64,000 bases of DNA from assembly GCA_963847445.1 (NCBI GenBank), contig CAWJZV010000008.1:64001-128000 (forward strand), in the 5' to 3' direction. Source of the stretch: an uncultured delta proteobacterium. Lineage in GTDB: Bacteria > Desulfobacterota > Binatia > UBA9968. Of this stretch, positions 31,409 through 41,391 are shown piece by piece. A program made the position numbers and the translations under genes. Under the pieces are notes generated by a model. It saw only the letters and a program-made list of their open reading frames with translations. It had not been told where the DNA came from and did not search any database. Position 1 is the stretch's first letter. Each line of letters begins with the position of its first letter.

Positions 31409-32482
31409 ATGGGAAATTTGTTCAAGAGTTCAAAGGTTCAAGGGTTCAATCGGATCGTGCTTGGGTTTCTTTTCTTTACCCTTGAACCCTTGAACCTTGA
31501 ACGGGCATTCGCGCAGGCGAACTTTTATGCCGGCAAGACGGTCACCGTCGTCGTCGGATCGGCGCCGGGCGGACTTTATGATATCTGGGCACGGCTATTC
31601 GCTCGGAACATGGGGAAGTATATTCCCGGCAATCCGACCATGTTGGTGCAAAACATGCCGGGCGGCGGTTCGATGATCGCGGCGAATTATCTTTACGGCA
31701 TCGCCAAACCGGATGGTCTCACCATCGGCATGTTCCAGACCCATATGTATCTTGAGCAGCTGATCGGCCGGCCTCAGGTCAAGTACGACGTGCGCAAGTT
31801 CAACTGGCTCGGCTCCCAGGAAAAAGGCCAGATGATGCTCTACATCCGCGCCGACTCGCCGTATAAGTCGATTGACGACATCATCAAATCCAATGATGCG
31901 CCCAAGTGCGGCGGCTCCGGCAGTGCCGATCAGACGGCGTTATTGACTCGCTTGATCGAAGAAACCGTCGGCGGCAAATTCCACCGGATACTCGGTTACA
32001 AGAGCGGCAGCGAGGTTGATTTAGCCATGGAGCGCGGCGAAGTGGTCTGCCGGGCGACCCGGGTCACGGTCCATTTCAGCCGCGAGCCGTTTCTATCCTG
32101 GGAGAAAAAGGGTTTCGACCGTCATTTGCTGCAAGCCGGCAAGAAACGCGATGGCCGGTTGCCTGATGTGCCGACGATCTACGAGCTCATGGACAAGTAC
32201 AAGACGCCTGACATCGGCCGCCGATTGGCGCAGATATTTTTAGCCGGCGATGAATTGGGCCGGCCGATGACGGCGCCGCCGGGCGTGCCGGCGGATCGAG
32301 TGAAAATTCTCCGCGAGGCCTATGCGCGAGCGCTCAAAGATCCCGATCTATTGGCCGAAGTCGACCGGCAGAGGTTGGACATGGAGCCGTCCAGCGGCGA
32401 AGAGATCCAAGCGCTGCACAGAGATTTGCTGGATCAGAAGCGCGAGGTCATCGAGCGGGTGAAGAAGATTTTGGAGAATTAA
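31409..32482 (+). CDS. Bug/TctC tripartite tricarboxylate transporter receptor
   Basis: FYAGKTVTVVVGSAPGGLYD, VQNMPGGG, KPDGLTIG, LAMERGEV, GRPMTAPPGVP. Confidence 0.9.
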   Translation: MGNLFKSSKVQGFNRIVLGFLFFTLEPLNLERAFAQANFYAGKTVTVVVGSAPGGLYDIWARLFARNMGKYIPGNPTMLVQNMPGGGSMIAANYLYGIAKPDGLTIGMFQTHMYLEQLIGRPQVKYDVRKFNWLGSQEKGQMMLYIRADSPYKSIDDIIKSNDAPKCGGSGSADQTALLTRLIEETVGGKFHRILGYKSGSEVDLAMERGEVVCRATRVTVHFSREPFLSWEKKGFDRHLLQAGKKRDGRLPDVPTIYELMDKYKTPDIGRRLAQIFLAGDELGRPMTAPPGVPADRVKILREAYARALKDPDLLAEVDRQRLDMEPSSGEEIQALHRDLLDQKREVIERVKKILEN

Positions 32483-32531
32483 CCGAATAGTCGGGGCTCA
32501 CAGAGTGAGCTTTGTGTCGTTACTTTTCGAG

Positions 32532-32947
32532 TTACGTAAATGGATTGAGCAGTCGAACACCTAATCCTTCAAAATGATCGAGGTTCCGCGTACCACTGTC
32601 AGATCATGGGTCAATGCGGTGGCGGCGATCTGTTTGTCGATAGCGTTTTCTGGATGCGGCACTCGCAGTCGACCCCACACCTGCGCTTCATCGTGAGCGA
32701 AATTGAGAATATGGTCTTCGAACTCTCTCAGCAGGAGTGCAAGCCATGATTCCAATCGTCTTGCCTGCCTGGTATCTCCTCGGTGCCGAATCAGTTCGAT
32801 GCCGCGGCGTATTTCGCCTATGGTAATCACGCTGACGTAGAGCTAGTCGCCATTCACTTGAGCTTGTTCGAAGAAACGAATGACGCCGGGATTGGCTTTA
32901 TCGCGCTTGCGGGCTTCGCTAACGACGTTGGTATCAATCAAGTACAT
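32532..32947 (-). pseudogene. vapC: VapC/FitB PIN-domain toxin with in-frame TAG and a frameshift
   Basis: MYLIDTNVVSE...GD*LYVSVITIGE...DKQIAATA...TRN...LLNPF; TAG at 32843-32845 is in frame with the ATG. Confidence 0.8.
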
Positions 32948-33167
32948 TAGAACTGTTTTTGTCTTGCACGCGCTTAAAGTCGGAGTCTTTGCCCACATTC
33001 GGCATTGCGGCGATCGCTTGAGCGAATGATCGTTTGCGTGGTTTCAACAATACCTGCGCGAGGATTTTGCGATGTTCAGCCTCGGCGTTGGTGCCGTGTC
33101 GCCCGGCCCTCGACTTGAGCGCTTTGATGATGTTCTCATCGACATTTCGGACAATTAGGTTTGCCAT
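32934..33167 (-). CDS. FitA-like ribbon-helix-helix antitoxin
   Basis: MANLIVRNVDE...LKSRAGRHG...EAEHRKIL; overlaps the vapC start. Confidence 0.85.
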   Translation of the reverse strand: MANLIVRNVDENIIKALKSRAGRHGTNAEAEHRKILAQVLLKPRKRSFAQAIAAMPNVGKDSDFKRVQDKNSSNVLD

Positions 33168-33700
33168 ATTCCCTCCGATCGAATCCGATGATTGCAATGA
33201 TATCATTCGACTCCCTAGCCGCCAAGATGCTGTGCGATCCGGACTCGTTATGGGCCGTCTATCAAAAAGGGCGTCGCGTCTGCTCTTGGCATTTAGCCAG
33301 AACGGGTCAATCTTGAAGGCGTCGCCCGCTCCCTTGTTTTCTCTTATCCTCGCTATTACCAACAGAACAAGAACGCCCGGCTAGTGGAAAGCAAAGGGTT
33401 CAAGTCGGCTTTTTGCTCTTAGCCAATATTTCGTCGATCTTTTGAACCATCTGGATAGCCTCTCTCTTCAGCAGGGACGCCAATAGTGACCCCATTAAAT
33501 TGCCGACATGTTATTGCAATTTTTGTACGGCAGCTTCGGCACAGCGCTCGCCATCCATGGCTGCCGAGACGATGACGCAGGCGAAGCGAATAGCGTGTTA
33601 AATGGTTCTTGTCGCTCCTAATATCGGCGGCTCTTGACCTGTCTGACCGAATGAACCGAAGGCAATGCAATCGAACTGCGTCGCTAGTTGATGCACGCGA

Positions 33701-33720
33701 ATTAGCGTATATACGCTAAT
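33701..33720. promoter_or_regulatory. Perfect 20-bp palindrome, putative TA autoregulation operator
   Basis: ATTAGCGTATATACGCTAAT immediately 5' of the brnT coding sequence. Confidence 0.55.
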
Positions 33721-34118
33721 AGTTGGGACCCGCAAAAGGCCATCGCTAACTTTGAGAAACACGGCATCTCCTTTGACGAATCCGCCACTATTTTTCTAGA
33801 TTCCATTTAACCACGCCTCTTGAGGCGGGCACAATTACGTGGGGTTTCCAAAGGGGGCGAGCATCCCCTTTGGTCGCGAGCGGGGTTCAAACCCCGCTCG
33901 CGAATTCAATTAATGCACTGGCTTTGGACTGGGAGGATTTAACTCATGCCTCGCAGGGTAAAAGATACAAACGACTTGGCACCTCAAGCGAGGGAAAAAT
34001 TTTGTTGGTAGTTTATACAGTTAGGCGATCGAAAGATGAAAAAGAAACGATCAGGATCAACAGCGCGCGATGGGCGAGCCGCAAGGAACGCAATGCCTAT
34101 GCTAAACCGGCACATTGA
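33721..34118 (+). pseudogene. brnT: BrnT-family toxin interrupted by a hairpin insertion
   Basis: SWDPQKAIANFEKHGISFDESATIFLD, then the insert with a stop, then ALDWED...ILLVVYT...IRINSARWASRKER; no clear start codon. Confidence 0.8.
33805..33912. mobile_element. ~105-bp multi-hairpin insertion (REP/MITE-like)
   Basis: Stems CGCCTC/GAGGCG, CCAAAGGGG/CCCCTTTGG and TCGCGAGCGGGGTT/AACCCCGCTCGCGA lie inside brnT; boundaries approximate. Confidence 0.65.
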
Positions 34119-34330
34119 TTTATCGGACATTCCGGAATCGACGGATGAGGAGCTTCGCAGGGCGCGCAGAGTCGGGCGGCCGAAATCCTCGCGCCGCCGC
34201 GCCGCTCATCGCTATCAGGATTGATCCGGTGTTATTGAAGCAGCTGAGAAAACTCGCCGCGAAACAAGACAAGCCCTATCAAACCTATATCCATGAACTA
34301 CTCGAAAGCGCGGCGAGAAAAGCGGCCTAA
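34099..34330 (+). CDS. brnA: BrnA-like antitoxin (one frameshift)
   Basis: IDLSDIPE, RVGRPK, IAIRIDPVLL, KPYQTYIHELL. Confidence 0.8.
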
Positions 34331-34632
34331 TTTCCTCGTAGCATCGACGTGTACGGGCAACAGGCACGGGTTTGACAGTAGATAGTCGCCGTAATTGGGA
34401 TCGGCGTCGGTAACGAGCGAGCTTGTCGGGCCGCTCGCCAACAGCGAGCCTCGATGCGCAATGAACGCGCGCGTTAGGGTGGTCATTCCCGTGGAGTCGC
34501 GCGATGGTTCGGTACGTTGATGGAAGCGACCTGAGTGGCATCCCGGCTTTTGACAATCGGCTGATTGATGTCGCCAAGAGTTCGGCGCCGTCGGGATTTC
34601 CTCATGCTCGAGACGGGTCCAATCCATCGGGA

Positions 34633-35880
34633 TTATTTCTGGAGTTGGGTTGCAAAGATCTTGGCGATCTCGCTGAGAGTTTGTTTTTCACTGCGAGTCG
34701 GGGATGGGCTAATGGGATCTTTGGGTTGCGGACTGACGCGCGGGTTGGCCATCGCAAAGATGCGCTCAAGCTTTTGCTCGATGCGTTTGGCCAGCTCAAA
34801 GGGATCGGTCTGGTCGCGTAGCCGTTTAAGCTGCTGGACTTTGACCGGATCGGCCTGGGGACATTGGAGCACCCGCTCCAATGGAGTCTGCGGTTTGTCG
34901 TAGCAGCGCTTGAGCTTGGAGCCTATCCGGGTTTTCTTGCTTAGCTTCATGGAGGGGAGAAACAGGTTTTGAAAGATTCTCAGTTCGTTTTGGTAAAGCT
35001 CGTTGATGGCTTGTTGCGCTGCCAGCGAGTCGTAGCGTAGGTAGCCCAAGATCTTGCGCACGTGGGTGTAATTTTTCTGTTCGATATGGGCGTTGTCATC
35101 TTTCTTGTAGGGCCGGCCGCGGGTGAGCTGGATACCCTTCTGATCGCAGAAGGTCTTGAGATGGTAGTTGATAAATTCCGAGCCATTGTCCGAATCGATG
35201 CCCAAGAGTTTGAAAGGCAGAGCCCGTTCAATGTCCTGCATGGCGTTAAGCACCCCGATCTGGCTTTTCCCCATCACCGCACGGCTTTCCACCCAGGTGG
35301 TATGGATGTCGGTGACGTTGAGCGAGTGCAGGAACTCGCCTGAAGCCGAGTTGCCCGAGTGAGAGACCAGATCGATCTCGGTAAAGCCGGGCGTTTTGAC
35401 ATCCCAGTTGTCGGTCTTGATTGGGATGTGGTGTTTGAGCAAGGTGCCCGGCTTGGTGCGCCCGTAGAGGCGCTTTTTGAGCTGGCCTCTTTTTCCCCTG
35501 AGCCGCCGGTCGATGGTTGCCGGGCTGATCGTGAGCAGTTGCTTTTGCACTGGGGCCGTCAGCGCCATGCGCTTGATCGCCCACGGCAGCCACAGGGGCA
35601 ACAGGGCTTTGAGCCGCACCGAGCACGGATAGCCAGCGGCTTCCCAGATCGCCGTCAGCGCTGAGATCACTTTGCCGCCATAGGCCGACCGACGCCCTTT
35701 TCGTACGATCGTCTTGGGCTTTTGCGGCGCTGGGCCATTGAGCAAGCGAATGGCGTATTTGCGATTGTAGTCGCAGACCTGGCAAAACTCGTCGAGAATC
35801 CGAGCTCTGAGCGGCTTGGATACTTTCTTGTAGCGTAAGTAAATCGCTTTGAGATAATCCCATCTGGTCTTTCCACTCAT
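34633..35880 (-). mobile_element. DDE (rve-type) transposase, ISNCY / Rv2807-like
   Basis: ILDEFC...RKYAIRLL, ISPATIDR, EIDLVSH, DSDNGSEFIN, RPYKKDDNAHIEQKN; intact 415-aa ORF, element ends not resolved. Confidence 0.88.
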
Positions 35881-36294
35881 CTATGCGTAACCCTCCCTGG
35901 TGGCTGTTTTTTCCAACCATCTCTGGGTTACATTCACAACAATCTGCGCGGCGCGCGGCGCTCGATGAATTCTCATAATCATCTATGCGAGCTGGCTCGG
36001 CGAACGATGCCGATCGCTCGCCGGCGTTCAGCGATACCCCTAGCGCCGCTGCGGCTGGCCGACGTGCGGGCGCTTGGCAGTGCGCCCAATGAGGCTGCCG
36101 TCACTGCGAGTACACAAGCCAGAAGCCGAGCTGCTTGGCCCGTGACGGGCGCGCCGGATTGACGTGAACGTGGCGCGGTTGCGCTGGCGCTTGCACGGGT
36201 AACCCGAAGGCGACCAGAGGCGCCGGCGGACTCCGCAAACGTCCGGCGCAGTGAGTTGAGCTTCATGGCAAACCGCCTTCAAGATCTTGCGCCG

Positions 36295-37275
36295 CTAACG
36301 TCTCGCCCGTTCAGCGAAGCTCCAATCGACGACCACCGAAGGTTTGGCGGTGATTTTTTCTTTGGCGCGAAAGGTGCCGACGGCGATCCATTCTTCGACG
36401 ACCGAGTCGGGCACGGAGAGGTCGGGGTTATACTGGTCGCGATAGATGCCGTAGAAGCGCTCGGCGACGGGCCGGTCGAGCTTGAGCAATTTTTCGATCA
36501 AGCTGACCCCGGCTTCGCGCTGGCTCTGCAAAAACAGGATGGCGTTGCGCAGGGCGCGCAGATAACGGACGATCTCGTCAGGTTCTCTATCGATTTTTCT
36601 CTGTGTGGTGCTCAAGCCGACGATCGGTATTTTGACGAACTCGGCGGTTTCCTTCACGGATAATAGCGTCTTAAAGCCTTTTTGCTCGGCGCGGTATTCG
36701 AACGGACTATTGACCACGGTGGCGTCGACGGCGCCGCTCAGCAGCGCGGCGAAACGGGCGTCCGGGCTGCCGGCGATCGCCTGCAAGGTGACGTCTTTGT
36801 TGGGATCGAGGCCGTTGCGGCTGAGCAGTTGATAGATCGCGAAGTCCGCCGAGCTGCCAAAGGTGTTGATGGCGATTCTCTTGCCCTTGAGCGCTTTGAC
36901 GCTGTCGATATCGGGCCGGGAGATGATCGCATAGCCGCTCGGTCTTGACCGTGGCGGCGACGATTTTCACCGGCAGACCGCGGGTAGCCGCGCCGGCGAT
37001 GAACGGCAGGATCGTCACATAATCGAGCTCGTTGGCCATCAAGGCGCTGAGCATCAGGTTGGTTCCTTGAAACTGCATGTAGCGCGGCCTGAGCCCTTCT
37101 TTTTCGAAGAAGCCGCGCTCCATGGCGACCCGGTCCGGCAGCGCGGTCCAGGCGGTGCCGCCGGTCCAGCCGATGTTGAGCAGCTTGGGCTCGGCGGCGA
37201 CGACTTGTGCGAGGCGCGACTGCGAGCGCATAGGACCGATAGGACGTGTAGAACTAATAAAAAGGGCAGCTTCAC
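36295..37275 (-). CDS. NMT1/THI5-like ABC substrate-binding protein (frameshifted)
   Basis: VAMERGFFEKEGL, RFAALLSGAVDAT, VVDWSF. Confidence 0.8.
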
Positions 37276-37288
37276 TTTTGCCTCGGGC

Positions 37289-38027
37289 TCAGCCTGCCGC
37301 CGCGACTTTCTTCGGCGCTGCGGCGAGATGTTTTTGGAAAAATTCCAGGCTCCTGCGCCCAGGAGGTCGCATCAAGGTCGGGCTTGTATGTCTTCCCATC
37401 GCTGCGATTAAAGCCATGGTGCGTGTCGGGATAAAAGAAAAATTCATGGGGTTTGCCCAAGCGGGTGAGCTCGGCGTCGAGCTTGCGCATTTCGTCAGGC
37501 GGCGGATTCTTATCGAGCTCGCCGAAGTGGCCTTGCACCGGGCAGCAAACATTCGCCGCCATGGTTGCCGGCGCCGGGCGGTCGCCCCATTGCGAGTAAC
37601 AGCCGCCGCCGTAGAAATCGACGGCGGCTTTGAATAGCGTGGTCGCCGCCGCGCCGAGAAAGGCGATGCGCCCGCCCATGCAGAAGCCGACGATGCCTAA
37701 CCGCGAGGTGTCCGCCGCGGCGCAGCCTTTGAGAAAATTAATCGTCGCATCGATGTCGCTCATGACGTTGGCGTCGCTGCGGCTACTCTTGATGCTCGCC
37801 GTCGCCTCGGGGGTCTTGGGTTCGCCCTCGCGATGATAGAATTGCGGCGCGATGCCGACATAGCCGGCGGCGGCGACCCGGCGGGTCATTTCTTGGGTAA
37901 ACTCGGCGACGCCGTCTTGATTCTGCACGACGATGATCGCCGGCACGGCGCCAGCGACTTCGGGTTGAGCGAGGTACATGCCCATGGGGCTATTGTCGAC
38001 AGTGGCCTTTTCCCAGGATGTTTTCAT
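37289..38027 (-). CDS. Dienelactone hydrolase family protein
   Basis: GIVGFCMGG nucleophile, FYG, GHFGELD, HGF; terminal frameshift. Confidence 0.9.
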
Positions 38028-38276
38028 AAATCTTTGGTCCAGCCTCTCAACAGGATTTTGTCTTCATTTATGCCCCCATGGGTGAGCTGTCAAACGCTGC
38101 GTGCGCCGGTAGTGGTTCAGTTTCGAAATCAGTGGGGCGACCTGTGCTCGCTCAGGGGCAGTAAGTTGCCCTTGTCGTCGAAATCAGTAACCATAAGTTC
38201 CTTGTCGCCGAAATATGTTACAAATAGGACCATGACAAGAGTGGTTATGCAGGAGTTTTCGCGATGAACGCCAAAC

Positions 38277-39737
38277 GTGGAGAGTTCTATTTCCGCATAC
38301 AGAGCCTGGGCGGCGCTTTGGATCGCGCTGCTGTTTCTCGCCGCCGCTCTGAATGCCGAAGGGGCCGCGGCCAAGCCGACCAAGCGCAAGGCGGCGAACG
38401 CCAAAGCAGCCGCCGCCAAGCAAACCAAACCGGCGGCAAAAGCAGAGAGCGCCGCGGCAAAATCTTACGATATCGTTTTTGACGAGTTCAAACTCAAAAA
38501 CGGCCTGCGCGTGCTGCTCGCCGAAGATCACCGCGCGCCGACCTTTTCCATCTGCATGACCTACAATGTCGGCTCCCGCGATGAGCGCCCCGGGCGCACC
38601 GGCTTTGCCCATCTGTTCGAGCATATGCTGTTTCAAGGCTCGGAAAATGTCGGCAAGGGCGAGCATTTCATCCTGGTGCAAAACAACGGCGGCAGCGCCA
38701 ACGGCACGACCAACACCGATCGCACCAACTATTTTGAAACGCTACCGGCCAATCAGCTGGAACTGGCAATCTTTCTCGAGGCCGACCGCATGCGCGCGCC
38801 GGCGATCAACCAGGCGAACTTCGACAATCAACGCTTGACGGTGCAAGAGGAGCGCCGGCAGAGCTATGACAACCGCGCCTACGGCAAGACCTATGAGGCG
38901 GTGATCGATCTGGTCTACGACAATTTCCCCTACAAACATTCGACCATCGGCTCCATGGAAGATTTGAACGCCGCGACGCTGGACGATGCCATGGCTTTTT
39001 TTCGCACTTACTACGCGCCCAACAATGCGGTGCTGTCGATGGTCGGTAGTTTCAAAACCGAAGCCGCCTTGGCATTGATCAAGAAGTATTTCGAGAATAT
39101 TCCGGCGCAGCCGGCGCCGGCGCCGGCTGACATGAATGAGCCGGAGCAGCAAGCCGAGCGGCGCAAGACTGTCGAAGACGGTTTCGCGCAAACGCCCCGC
39201 CTCGATATCGTGTTCAAAATTCCCCCAGCCAATACGCCGGATTGGTACGCCTTGGAAATGCTCGGGCAGGTCCTTTCCAGCGGCGTGTCCTCGCGGCTGT
39301 ATCAGAAGTTCGTCAAGGAAAAAGAAATGGCCTTGAGTGTCTATGCCGACGCCGAGGAGAAGCGCGGGCCGTCGCTGTTCTGGTTCAGCCTGATGGCGCG
39401 GCCGACCACCGACTTGGGCGCCCTGGAGAAACTGCTCTACGAAGAGATCCTGCGGATTCAAAAAAGCCCGGTGGAAGATTCGGAGTTAAATAAAGTCCGC
39501 ATGCAGATGCGCCGCCAACGGGCGCAGCAGCTCTACAGCACGCGGTCGCGGGCTAACTCGCTGGGCCATTTCGCCGTCTACTACAACGATCCCGGTTTGA
39601 TCAACAAGGTTTGGGCGCGCTACGAGCAGATCACCAAGGCCGATATTCAACGCGTCGCGCAAAAATATTTCACTGACTCCAACCGTACGGTGGTGACCAC
39701 CCTGCCTAAGGCGGCCGCGGCGCCGAGCGGCGGTTGA
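38277..39737 (+). CDS. M16 (pitrilysin) zinc peptidase, catalytic subunit
   Basis: LKNGLRV, GFAHLFEHMLF (HxxEH), NGTT..DRTNY, LEADRM, YYAPNNAVL. Confidence 0.93.
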   Translation: MESSISAYRAWAALWIALLFLAAALNAEGAAAKPTKRKAANAKAAAAKQTKPAAKAESAAAKSYDIVFDEFKLKNGLRVLLAEDHRAPTFSICMTYNVGSRDERPGRTGFAHLFEHMLFQGSENVGKGEHFILVQNNGGSANGTTNTDRTNYFETLPANQLELAIFLEADRMRAPAINQANFDNQRLTVQEERRQSYDNRAYGKTYEAVIDLVYDNFPYKHSTIGSMEDLNAATLDDAMAFFRTYYAPNNAVLSMVGSFKTEAALALIKKYFENIPAQPAPAPADMNEPEQQAERRKTVEDGFAQTPRLDIVFKIPPANTPDWYALEMLGQVLSSGVSSRLYQKFVKEKEMALSVYADAEEKRGPSLFWFSLMARPTTDLGALEKLLYEEILRIQKSPVEDSELNKVRMQMRRQRAQQLYSTRSRANSLGHFAVYYNDPGLINKVWARYEQITKADIQRVAQKYFTDSNRTVVTTLPKAAAAPSGG

Positions 39738-39746
39738 ACGGCTAAC

Positions 39747-41251
39747 ATGAGTAAATCGATGGCGAAATTTCATCGCATTTTTTGCACCGTCGTTGCCCTC
39801 GCGATGCGGCTTAACCCTGGCACCGGCAGCGGTGCGCGGCCAAGAGGGCGCGGCGATGCCGCCGAGCCAAAGTCGAGCGCAAGAACCGCGCGCCGGTGGC
39901 GCGGGATATTCTCACCTTGAAACTTCCCAGACCGGTGGAAGCCAAGCTCAAAAATGGCCTGACGGTTCTAATTGTCGAAGATCGCCGCGCCCCTTATGTC
40001 AGCGTGCAGCTGCATGTCGGCGGCGCGGGCGGTTTGTTTGAACCGACGGCGCTGACCGGCTTGGCCAGTGTCACGGCGCAAATGCTGCGCGAGGGGACGA
40101 AAACCAAGAACAGCATTCAGCTCGCGGAGTATATTGACCGGCTGGGCGCGTCCATCGGCGCCAGCTCTTCGTTCGGCTCGTCGGACACGGTGCTGAGCGC
40201 TGCCGGTCTCAGTGATAACTTTGACGACTGGATGGGCATCGCTTTTGAGATCCTGCTGCAACCGAGTTTTGCCGCCGATGAGTTAGAGAAGCTCAAACAA
40301 CGGCTGCGGGTGCAGCTGCGCGAGCAGCGCTCCAACGCTAATTTTCTCTTGAGCGAACGTTTCAACCGGGCCGTCTACGGCGACCATCCGGCGGCCAACG
40401 TGTCGGTGACGGCGGAGTCTCTCGACCGGCTCACTCCGGACGGGCTGCGCCAGTGGCACCGCGAGCGCTATGCGCCGCAGAATGCGATCCTCGGCATCGC
40501 CGGCGATGTCCGCGCCAAGGATCTCATCGCCAAATTAGAAAAGCTGCTCGCCGGTTGGAAAAAGACCGAGCTGAAGCCGAGCCTGCCGCGCGATCCACAG
40601 GCCGCGAGCGCGCGCAAAGTGTTTCTCGTCCACCGCCCTAACTCGGTGCAGACGACGGTTTCCCTGGGCAACATCGCCATCGACCGGCGCAGCCCCGACT
40701 ACATGCCGATGGTGGTGATGAACGATGTCATCGGCGGCGGCGCGTCGGCGCGATTGTTTCTCAACCTGCGCGAGGAAAAAGGCTACACCTACGGGGTTTA
40801 CAGCGACTTTACCGCGGTACGGTATCCCGGACCCTGGCGCGCCGGCGGCAACATGCGCACGGAAGTCACCGAGGGCGCGATGGTCGAATTTTTCAACGAG
40901 ATCCGGCGCATTCGCGATGAACCAGTCCCGCTCGGCGAATTGGCAGAGAGTCAGCGCTCGATCGTCGCGAGCTTCGCGCTGTCATTGGAGCAACCGTCGC
41001 GCGCGTTGGGCTTTGCCATTACCCGTAAGCTTTACGGCTTGCCGGCCGATTATTGGGATGGTTATGCCGCCAAGATCGCCGCGGTGACGGCGGCGGATGT
41101 GCAGCGGGTGGCGCGCAAGTATCTCGATCCCGACAAGCTTCAGATCGCCGCCGTCGGCGATGCCGGCAGGATCAAAGCGGTTTTGGAAAAATACGGCGCG
41201 GTGGAAGTGTACGACAGCAACGGTGCGCCGTTGCCGCCTGGCAAGTCTTAG
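39747..41251 (+). CDS. M16 peptidase, non-catalytic partner subunit
   Basis: LKNGLTV, GLASVTAQML (no HxxEH), RLFLNLREEKGYTY; N-terminal frameshift. Confidence 0.88.
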
Positions 41252-41391
41252 CCGGCGCGGCCAATTTCATCTTCGTCGGCAGCGCCAGCGAATGGTCCAG
41301 GGCGAATCTGTTGGCGTCTTGTTTCCTAGCGGCAACTTTAAATATACTCCGAGAGCTTGAGCGAAGACGCACTTTAGAATGGAGCTTCTCG

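Noticed and set aside
33168-33700. ORFs between fitA and brnT
   Set aside because: No recognisable motifs or RBS; probably degraded sequence.
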